A DNA stretch of 64,000 bases from Candidatus Cloacimonadales bacterium (lineage in GTDB: Bacteria; Cloacimonadota; Cloacimonadia; Cloacimonadales; JAFGVF01), in assembly GCA_963678375.2 (NCBI GenBank), contig OY782831.1:1087030-1151029 (forward strand), in the 5' to 3' direction. The notes under the pieces are model-generated. The model was given only the letters and a program-made list of their open reading frames with translations, was not told the DNA's origin and searched no databases. A program made the position numbers and the translations under genes. Below are positions 56,771 through 64,000 of the stretch, one piece after another. The first letter of the stretch is position 1, and each line of letters starts with the position of its first letter.

Positions 56771-58426
56771 ATGATAGCAGTATATATTGATGATAACAGT
56801 AATAGCAATTTGAATACGATGATCAACTATATAGTTGAGTTTACTTTCGTAACTCTAGGTTATAGTCATAAGATTATCTACTCTCTTAAGGGTTTGTCAG
56901 AGTTTGATGTCTTAATTTGGTATGATTCAAAAGGTATTCAAAAGAATCAGATTGCTAACTTTGCTAAAAAGATACCAATTATTGTTGTCAGATATCATGA
57001 GAATCTTTATATACCAAGTCAATTAAAAGGTAACAATCTAACTTCTAAGATTAAAAAAATTAAGTTTTATAACGAAATTATTCCTATAATTCATAACAAT
57101 CTTTTAACTAATATAGTAGAAGAAGTTAGACAGAGCGATATAGCACTTACAATTCTAAATTTTGATATTTTTGGAAATCTTTATTATCATATTACTGATT
57201 GCGAGTTCCGGGCTAAAAAAGCTGATGAAGGAATTATAGAGCAAGGAAGTGTATTTGATGAATTTTATCACGAACCCATCGTTAACCACCTTTTAGCCTT
57301 CACAGAAAAAATCATAATTAACTGTTGCCAAAAACTAGATTTCTTGCTAATAAAAAAAGAGTACTGGCCTCATGGTGAAGATTATGCAGTAATTTTTACC
57401 CATACTATAGATAAGCTAGAGAAATGGGGAAAAGGAGTTTTTAGCGAGTTTTTATTAGATTCAATGCCCCTGTTACTCAAAGGAAAATTTAAAGAAGTTT
57501 TTAGAAATTTATCAAGCGGACTTAAGTACTTTCTTACTGACGAAGAGCAATATTGGAATTTTGAAAACTATTTAGATTTAGATGAGAAGTATGGAATAAT
57601 TTCAACCTGGTTTGCCTCCCTATTAGAAGATAATGGTTTTATTTACAATGTTGATGAAAACAAGATGATTAAAGAATTAAATAGAATTCTAAGTAAGGGT
57701 CATGAGCTAGGAATCTTAGTTAATCCATACGAAATGGACCAAATTAAGATAAGAACAGCCCACAGCAAACTAAGCAAGATAACAAGTAATGATCAAGGTG
57801 GAATTAGGGTAACAGGAAGACCTCTTCATGATAGTATTTCTTTAGCTATCCACCGAAATAACCTTCTTTATGATTGCTCAATACTTTCTCCAAATATAGA
57901 CCTTTTCAAAAATGGCAACATACTACCTCATCATAAATTAATTGATGGAATTAGAACTTTCCCTTTAGAAATACCAATTACTTTTAGTGATGAAATTCTA
58001 AAATCTTCTAAGTACTCTTATAGGTCTTATGAATCAGCTAAACTAAAAATGGATAATCTAATTCAGAAAGTTCATGCTAGCGGTGGTTTGATTTGTTTCG
58101 ATTTCACCATAGCTAACTTTAAAGACATTAGCTATCTAGAAAAACTTTATACTTATACTTTAGAGAGAATTAAAGAGACCAACTATTATAATAACTCATG
58201 CAAAAAAATCTCACTTTGGTGGAAGGCAAGAAAAAATGTTATTATTACTAATGTTGAGTGGGGAGCAAATATTCTCTTTTTAGATGATTTCTCTTTCTTT
58301 ACTTTTAGGATTCATTCTAAGAAGAAAATTAAACAAATAACTATGGTAGAATATCAAATTGAAGATGATATTGTTACTATGTCTAATATAAAGGCTAATA
58401 CAGCTGTAGATCTAGTGATGGAGTAA
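56771..58426 (+). CDS. Hypothetical protein, first gene of the polysaccharide operon; possibly related to deacetylase/glycoside-hydrolase-like folds
   Basis: A 551-aa intact ORF. I recognise no secure motif. 'AVIFTHTIDK' weakly recalls NodB-type 'THD.D' motifs. Confidence 0.35.
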   Translation: MIAVYIDDNSNSNLNTMINYIVEFTFVTLGYSHKIIYSLKGLSEFDVLIWYDSKGIQKNQIANFAKKIPIIVVRYHENLYIPSQLKGNNLTSKIKKIKFYNEIIPIIHNNLLTNIVEEVRQSDIALTILNFDIFGNLYYHITDCEFRAKKADEGIIEQGSVFDEFYHEPIVNHLLAFTEKIIINCCQKLDFLLIKKEYWPHGEDYAVIFTHTIDKLEKWGKGVFSEFLLDSMPLLLKGKFKEVFRNLSSGLKYFLTDEEQYWNFENYLDLDEKYGIISTWFASLLEDNGFIYNVDENKMIKELNRILSKGHELGILVNPYEMDQIKIRTAHSKLSKITSNDQGGIRVTGRPLHDSISLAIHRNNLLYDCSILSPNIDLFKNGNILPHHKLIDGIRTFPLEIPITFSDEILKSSKYSYRSYESAKLKMDNLIQKVHASGGLICFDFTIANFKDISYLEKLYTYTLERIKETNYYNNSCKKISLWWKARKNVIITNVEWGANILFLDDFSFFTFRIHSKKKIKQITMVEYQIEDDIVTMSNIKANTAVDLVME

Positions 58427-58429
58427 GAT

Positions 58430-60832
58430 TTGAAAACAATTTTAATCGTAACTATTAGTCATAAGGCCAAAGATGTTAGATTATACTATAAAATTGCAAA
58501 AAGTTTGAGTGAAAGATTCTCTGTTACGATACTCCATAATCAAGCAAATTTAAGCGATTATGATGAAGATATAAAACTTATTGGCTTAAATAATCTTAGT
58601 AAAACACAGTTTCTAATTCAGGCTGCCCTGCAGATAACATTAACTAGCCCAAATGTTGCAATTCTTATAGAACCTATCCTCTTAACCTTGGTTAATCCTA
58701 CAACTAAAACAAAATACGTCTATGACTGCCATGAGTTTTTTAACCTAGCTCAAAAAGAAAAATCACTTAATAAAGGTAAACAGTTTATAGATACCTTCTT
58801 GCATGAAAATTTGGAGAAAAGATTTATACCTAAATTGAATGCTTGTATTACAGTAAATGACTTGATTACCCAGAAATACCAAAGTATGGGTACTCATAGT
58901 ATCACTATTCCAAATTATCCACAAAATCAAACAGGTCCTAAAAATTTGTCAGAAGAAAGTATTTATGACTTTGTTTATGCTGGTGGTTTGTCTCCAATGA
59001 GGGGAATAAAAGAGATAATCCAGGCTACTTTTTTTGTTAAGCAGGTATTCCCTCAAATAAAAGTCTTATTACTCGGTAAAGAACAGATTTCTGGTTTCAG
59101 AGATGACTGCTTAAACCTAATAGACCAACTATATTTAACAGATAATATTACTTTAATTGAAGCTATTCCCTTTGACCAAGTTTATGATAAGTATTATCAG
59201 TCTAAGTGTGGTATTTGCATGCTATCACCCAATATTACCCGTTATAAATATGCTCTACCGATAAAACTACTAGAATATCTTGATGCAGGTTTACTAGTAA
59301 TTACCAACGATTTTCCTATGACTAAACAGATTTCGCAAAGTTCGCAAGGTATTATAACAGCTAAATTTACAGCTCAAGACCTTGCTAATAAAATGCTGAA
59401 AATTATTACTCTCAGTGATTCTGATATTGAGAAACATAAGATAATTGCAGCTAAGTTAATCTCAGAAAAATATAATTGGGAATTAGTAGCTCCTAGATTA
59501 ATAAATCTTTTTGAGAGATTAACCAATACAAGCAAAAAGGCTCTTCTAATATCTTATTTTTTTCCTCCATTAGGTGGAGCTGGAGTTCAAAGACCTCTAA
59601 AGATAGCAAAATACGCCAAAGAATCAAACTGGGATGTTTCTGTTTTAACTATCGAAGATATTGTATTTCATTCTTATGATCAATCTCTACTGAATGAAAT
59701 TGATTCTGAAGTCATTAGGGCTGATTCTTGGGATATAATGAGTTTACTTCAAAAAATAAGGGTCTTAAAGACAGAAAACATTGGAAAAAAAGTAGATAAA
59801 GCTTATTTCCAAACTGATGATTTTAAGAAGAAACTGGTAAAGGCTCTCTTCTTTATGGATGAAAAGATTGGTTGGTTTATCCCTGCAGTGCTAAAAGGTC
59901 TTAAACAGGTTATCAAAGAAGACTTTTCAGCAATTATTGTAACGATCTATCCTCCTTCATCACTATTAATAGCTTACTCAATAGCTAAAATTGCAGATAT
60001 CCCCCTCTTTATTGATTATAGAGATCACTGGACCTTGAGTTCTTACTTTGATTTCTCAAATCAGACTTCAAGAAAGGCCTATCATAAGCTTGAAGGTTTT
60101 TTCTTAAACAAGGCAAGAGGTATTATAACTATTGGCCAAGTGATGAAAAAAGAGTTAGCAGAAAGTTTTAAGATATCTCAGAGTAAAATAGCTGTCTCTT
60201 ATAATGGATATGATGATGACGACTTTAAGCAGGTAAGTCAGACTCTTGCCTTATCTTCTGGTCCAACATTACCTACTAAGAAAAAGATTAACATAGGCTA
60301 TATAGGAAATATGTACAAGCATAGAACTTCAAAGTACTTCCTTCAAGCTATACAAGACTTAATTACTCAACAAGAAATTTCTAAAGACGAAATTCAAATA
60401 AACTTAATGGGTAATTACTATTTTGAGGAACAAGAAGTATTTACCAAATCTGGCTTGCAAGATATTATAAAAATTAGTCCACAAGCAGAACACCATATAG
60501 CTATCAAAGAAATGCTTAAACAAGACATTCTCCTTCTGCTCATAGCCACTAAGAGTGGAAAAAATGTTCTAACCGGTAAGATTTTCGAGTATTTGAAAAG
60601 CAATAAACCAATTTTAGCACTTGTTCCTAAGGCAGGCGAAGCAGAATATTTGCTTAAAAAAATAGGAAACCCTTGGCTAGCCCCTTTAGAAGACATTGAT
60701 GCTATTAAAAGTCAAACTCTTGCAATAATTAACTTTGTAAAGAAAGGAAATAGGGTCAATTTTGATATTTCAGATTATAGCAGGCTGACCCAAGTTAAGA
60801 AGATTTTCAGCTTTATTGAGGAAAGAATTTAA
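58430..60832 (+). CDS. Fused two-module glycosyltransferase (GT-B/GT4-like halves)
   Basis: TTG start after GGAG. Each half of about 380-400 aa ends in a GT-B-like 'K..EYL..G.P(V/I)' region (KLLEYLDAGLLVITND; KIFEYLKSNKPILALVP). Confidence 0.5.
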   Translation: MKTILIVTISHKAKDVRLYYKIAKSLSERFSVTILHNQANLSDYDEDIKLIGLNNLSKTQFLIQAALQITLTSPNVAILIEPILLTLVNPTTKTKYVYDCHEFFNLAQKEKSLNKGKQFIDTFLHENLEKRFIPKLNACITVNDLITQKYQSMGTHSITIPNYPQNQTGPKNLSEESIYDFVYAGGLSPMRGIKEIIQATFFVKQVFPQIKVLLLGKEQISGFRDDCLNLIDQLYLTDNITLIEAIPFDQVYDKYYQSKCGICMLSPNITRYKYALPIKLLEYLDAGLLVITNDFPMTKQISQSSQGIITAKFTAQDLANKMLKIITLSDSDIEKHKIIAAKLISEKYNWELVAPRLINLFERLTNTSKKALLISYFFPPLGGAGVQRPLKIAKYAKESNWDVSVLTIEDIVFHSYDQSLLNEIDSEVIRADSWDIMSLLQKIRVLKTENIGKKVDKAYFQTDDFKKKLVKALFFMDEKIGWFIPAVLKGLKQVIKEDFSAIIVTIYPPSSLLIAYSIAKIADIPLFIDYRDHWTLSSYFDFSNQTSRKAYHKLEGFFLNKARGIITIGQVMKKELAESFKISQSKIAVSYNGYDDDDFKQVSQTLALSSGPTLPTKKKINIGYIGNMYKHRTSKYFLQAIQDLITQQEISKDEIQINLMGNYYFEEQEVFTKSGLQDIIKISPQAEHHIAIKEMLKQDILLLLIATKSGKNVLTGKIFEYLKSNKPILALVPKAGEAEYLLKKIGNPWLAPLEDIDAIKSQTLAIINFVKKGNRVNFDISDYSRLTQVKKIFSFIEERI

Positions 60833-60833
60833 G

Positions 60834-61931
60834 ATGCCAGTTATATTACATCTAGGTCTACTACCTATCTTATCTGGAGTGCAAAATGTTATGCTACAGA
60901 TCTTATCTGCTATTGAAATTGATGATTATGAAATCAAAGTTGCCACTGCACCTGATGGCCCACTTATCGCAGAAATAGAAAAACGTGGCTGGAAACATAT
61001 TGCTATACCCTCATTAGTTAGACAAATAAACCCCATTAAAGATTTTCAGGCCATGAGACAATTAGCTAAAATTATCCAACAAGAACAAGTAGATATTCTC
61101 CATACCCACTCATCCAAAACTGGTCTTATGGGTAGAATTGTAGGTAAAATGTGTAAAGTACCAACAGTAATTCACACAGTCCACGGATACCCTTTTCATA
61201 AATTTCAAAACCCTTTACTTTATCTTGTTTACCAAAAAGCAGAATGGTTTGCTGGTCGCTATTGTGATTATTTAATCTCAGTAAATCAAGAAGATGCTGA
61301 GCTAGCTCATAAGAGCTTGAAGATTCCTAAAAACAAAATTAAATACATTCCAAATGGAGCAATTGCTAAACAAAAATCAAATATTCTCAAGAGTAATGAG
61401 ATTGTGATAGGGACACTTTCACGTTTTTGGAAACAGAAAAATATGGTTAACACTATCAAAGTTGCTATAAAGGCCTGCCTTCACAAAAAAGAATTAAAGT
61501 TTATCTTTGTTGGTGATGGAGAAGATTTAGCTTTATGTCAAGAATTAATCAAGTCTGCTAATCTAACAGAAAGAATTATCTTACCAGGTTGGTCTCATGA
61601 TAAAGAAAAATGGCTAAAATCATTTGATGTTTTCTTATTATACTCTTTATGGGAAGGACTTCCCTTATCCATTTTAGAAGCAATGTCATACGGGCTTCCC
61701 ATTATTGCCTCTGATATTAAGGGAAATAGAGAATTAGTTGATGAAAGTAATGGTTTCTTAATAGATCCTGAAGATAACTCTCAGCTTCTGAACTTATTTC
61801 TCAGGCTTCCTAAACTGAAAAATGATTTACATAAAAAAGGAGAAGCTAGTTATAATAAACTTGTTCAAGACTACTCTTTGAATTATTTTAATAATAGATA
61901 CAGAAAATTATATCAACAAATAAAAAAATAG
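60834..61931 (+). CDS. Glycosyltransferase family 4 (GT-B fold)
   Basis: 'SLWEGLPLSILEAMSYGLPIIASDIKGNRELV' is the E-x7-E type motif. ATG 60834 lies just after the upstream stop. Confidence 0.8.
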   Translation: MPVILHLGLLPILSGVQNVMLQILSAIEIDDYEIKVATAPDGPLIAEIEKRGWKHIAIPSLVRQINPIKDFQAMRQLAKIIQQEQVDILHTHSSKTGLMGRIVGKMCKVPTVIHTVHGYPFHKFQNPLLYLVYQKAEWFAGRYCDYLISVNQEDAELAHKSLKIPKNKIKYIPNGAIAKQKSNILKSNEIVIGTLSRFWKQKNMVNTIKVAIKACLHKKELKFIFVGDGEDLALCQELIKSANLTERIILPGWSHDKEKWLKSFDVFLLYSLWEGLPLSILEAMSYGLPIIASDIKGNRELVDESNGFLIDPEDNSQLLNLFLRLPKLKNDLHKKGEASYNKLVQDYSLNYFNNRYRKLYQQIKK

Positions 61932-61942
61932 AGAAAAAAAAT

Positions 61943-63061
61943 ATGATAAAAAACTTATTACTGGCAACTCCACTCTCTTTGGAAAATCATATCAGTGGTG
62001 ATGCTTTAATTCAAAGTTACTGGAAGTACTTACTAGCTGGATTAGTTGTTTTTTTACTTACTTATCTCTTAGTACCAGTGAACATCAAAATAGCCAATAA
62101 GAAGGGTTGGTTAGACTATCCTAATGAAAGATCAGCTCACCCTAAACCTATTCCTATCAGTGGAGGGTTAGCTTTTGGACTAGTAATTTGCTTTGCTCAA
62201 ATAGCATTTGGTCTCTTCTTTTGGGATACCCGTAGCTCAATAATGATTTATGGCTTAGCAATAATTAATATTCTCATCTTAACAGTTGGCTTGGTTGATG
62301 ACTTATTAAAGCTCAAAGCAAGAGATAAACTCTTTTTACAGTTACTAATTTCAGCTCTTTTATATATTGTGGGTTTCAGAATTGAAATCCTAACAAACCC
62401 TTTTGGACCTGACCTTTATCTGCAATATCTCAGTTTCCCTTTTACTATATTCTGGTTTTTAGCAATTTCTAATGCTATCAACTTGATTGATGGTTTGGAT
62501 GGTCTTGCAGCTGGAATTACCCTTATAAGTGGCCTTGTACTCTGCTTGGTAGGTCTTATTTCTAGTAACCCCCTTGTTTTCTACCTTGCTTTAATCCTAG
62601 TTGCAGGAAACCTTGCCTTCTTGAAATATAATTTTTTTCCAGCAAAAATATTTATGGGAGATTCAGGAAGTTTATTTAATGGCTTCAATTTAGCAGTCTT
62701 ATCTGTTACTGGTATCTCTCAATTCAAAGGTGTTACGGCTATGACTATTGCCTTGCCTGTTGTAGTAATGATCTTTCCGATAATGGATACAATTATGGCA
62801 ATGATCAGAAGAATTAAAAAGAAACAGAGTATTTTCTTAGCTGATAAAGAACATATTCACCATAGACTTTTAAAACTTGGACTTTCACAAAAAGGAATCT
62901 GTTATATTGCTTATTTCTTGACCTCACTCTTTGGTCTACTAGCAATAGGTTTTTACTTCTCTACTAAACAGATTTTTTTAATCGCTTTAACTATTCTCAT
63001 TGTTTTATGTTTTATTTTCGCATGGCTGTTACTACAGTCAATTTTTAAAGATACAAAGTAG
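61943..63061 (+). CDS. MraY/WecA-family polyprenyl-phosphate N-acetylhexosamine-1-phosphate transferase
   Basis: 'NAINLIDGLDGLAAG' and 'FMGDSGSLFNGF'. Polytopic membrane protein. Confidence 0.8.
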   Translation: MIKNLLLATPLSLENHISGDALIQSYWKYLLAGLVVFLLTYLLVPVNIKIANKKGWLDYPNERSAHPKPIPISGGLAFGLVICFAQIAFGLFFWDTRSSIMIYGLAIINILILTVGLVDDLLKLKARDKLFLQLLISALLYIVGFRIEILTNPFGPDLYLQYLSFPFTIFWFLAISNAINLIDGLDGLAAGITLISGLVLCLVGLISSNPLVFYLALILVAGNLAFLKYNFFPAKIFMGDSGSLFNGFNLAVLSVTGISQFKGVTAMTIALPVVVMIFPIMDTIMAMIRRIKKKQSIFLADKEHIHHRLLKLGLSQKGICYIAYFLTSLFGLLAIGFYFSTKQIFLIALTILIVLCFIFAWLLLQSIFKDTK

Positions 63062-63070
63062 GAGTTATTA

Positions 63071-64000
63071 ATGAAGAAGATTTGCTTAACCTTATCTCTC
63101 ACAATTTGGGCACTTGTAGTTATATCACTTGAAAAATGGGAAGTTTATACTAACACTTCACACATCTATCAAACCTTGCAAAATGATTCTAAATTATTAT
63201 CTGTATCTTGGGGTGGACTCGAAGAATATGATATTAATTTTAATGCTAGCCAAAGAAGGCTTGACTTAACTAATAAATATACAACTATCAACGGATTAGC
63301 CAGCAATGAAATCCGAAGTCTCTATGCTAGAGATAATAAAATTTGGACTGGTACTTATAATGACGGTGTTACTATTGTTGAAAACGGCCAAGTCTATATT
63401 ATAAATGACGATAATGGTCTTATCTCCAATAAAGTTATAGCTATTAAATCTATAGATGATTTGGTTTATGTAATTACAGAGGGAGGATTCTCTACTTTCT
63501 ATGAACTTGATCAAGTATCTTTTCCTATTCTCTCACGTAAATACTCACAAGCTTCTACTTCTGGAGCGCTTATCTCTGAAACTATTAATGATATTACTGT
63601 TTTCCAAAATTATGTCTTTTTAGCTACTGATGCTGGTATTCTTTATTTTCCTTCTACATCACTAGATAACTTTGATCAATGGACTCATTTAAGCTCCTCA
63701 AACTCTCAATTACTAGATAATAATATCATAAAATTCTCTGTCAAAGATAATAAGCTGGCTATTGCTAGTGACAATGCTATTCAAATTGTTACTGACTTTT
63801 TTGACCAAGCAACCTGGGATAATTATTCCTTCCTTGAAGATAATAATACTAGTAATACCGGTCATACTTATATTCAAACGATTAACTTTGATATCTTTGG
63901 TAATCTTCTTTTTTCAACTGGTATCTGGGATGAATCACTTACAACAATGTCAGGTCTTTCAAATTCTCTTTTGCAAGTTATTACCTTAGAAGGCAATATC
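63071..64000 (+). CDS. Secreted protein with two-component-regulator-propeller-like repeats; the 3' end lies outside the window
   Basis: Not in the ORF track because no stop falls in the window. ATG 63071, with GGAG upstream, opens 310 codons without a stop (checked by hand). Signal peptide MKKICLTLSLTIWALVV. 'NGLASNEIRSLYARDNKIWTGTYNDGV' looks like a Reg_prop repeat. Confidence 0.6.
   Translation, partial: MKKICLTLSLTIWALVVISLEKWEVYTNTSHIYQTLQNDSKLLSVSWGGLEEYDINFNASQRRLDLTNKYTTINGLASNEIRSLYARDNKIWTGTYNDGVTIVENGQVYIINDDNGLISNKVIAIKSIDDLVYVITEGGFSTFYELDQVSFPILSRKYSQASTSGALISETINDITVFQNYVFLATDAGILYFPSTSLDNFDQWTHLSSSNSQLLDNNIIKFSVKDNKLAIASDNAIQIVTDFFDQATWDNYSFLEDNNTSNTGHTYIQTINFDIFGNLLFSTGIWDESLTTMSGLSNSLLQVITLEGNI

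Noticed and set aside
63296-63989. Track ORFs 63296..63514(-) and 63762..63989(+)
   Set aside because: Both lie inside the longer open frame 63071..64000(+), which has a signal peptide, an SD and propeller-repeat motifs. They are shadow ORFs.
1-64000. CRISPR arrays, rRNA/tRNA genes (including tRNA-Sec), transposases/IS elements and prophage genes
   Set aside because: I scanned the intergenic regions by eye for regularly spaced repeats, T-loop consensus (GGTTCGA/GTTCAAATCC), RNase P/tmRNA signatures and transposase-like ORFs, and found none. Eye-scanning cannot exclude divergent small RNAs.

Overview
The window is a gene-dense, A+T-rich bacterial chromosomal segment. Long ORFs contain no internal TGA, and znuA ends in TGA, so the standard code (table 11) applies. 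About 50 CDS are supportable; I found no rRNA, tRNA, CRISPR array or transposase. At least four secreted proteins end in a 'YPNPF(N/S)..T..I' type C-terminal sorting domain of the type IX secretion system (T9SS). Together with the composition and the selenium genes, this suggests an FCB-group organism, possibly Cloacimonadota-like; that is inference only.

Content in order:
- a selenium-utilisation cluster (selD 3' end, DUF3343, yedF) and a hybrid sensor kinase
- znuABC and a 1096-aa GLUG-repeat surface protein
- comM/yifB, efp, arcA-like, an RNB-family RNase, a CCA-adding enzyme, glnA, an M50 protease and tyrS
- T9SS cargo genes and transporters
- a three-gene, visibly more A+T-rich island: AAA+ ATPase, DUF262/DUF1524 GmrSD-like nuclease and a convergent PD-(D/E)xK-like nuclease
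- the kdsB-lipoprotein-mnmG-engB-queD operon, a TPR/PAS kinase, GT9, rarD, rnhC and hsp20
- C25 and C11 peptidases with T9SS tails, then a glycosyltransferase/WecA-like polysaccharide operon

Items most worth a second look:
1. An in-frame TGA at 21353-21355 sits inside a W-U-G-Y-C-P redox motif. It joins a signal peptide to a 546-aa T9SS cargo ORF, making a candidate secreted selenoprotein, in a window that also carries selD/yedF.
2. The candidate defence island at about 30.4-35.9 kb.
3. A cluster of five same-orientation DnaA boxes (two perfect TGTGGATAA) at 56311-56503, which is a candidate oriC or DnaA-binding locus.
4. A 115-bp, 114/115-identical direct repeat (gene 3' end plus terminator) bracketing an 874-bp ORF-free tract at 52.2-53.3 kb.

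All family assignments come from motifs recognised by eye. No database search, covariance model or skew calculation was run.
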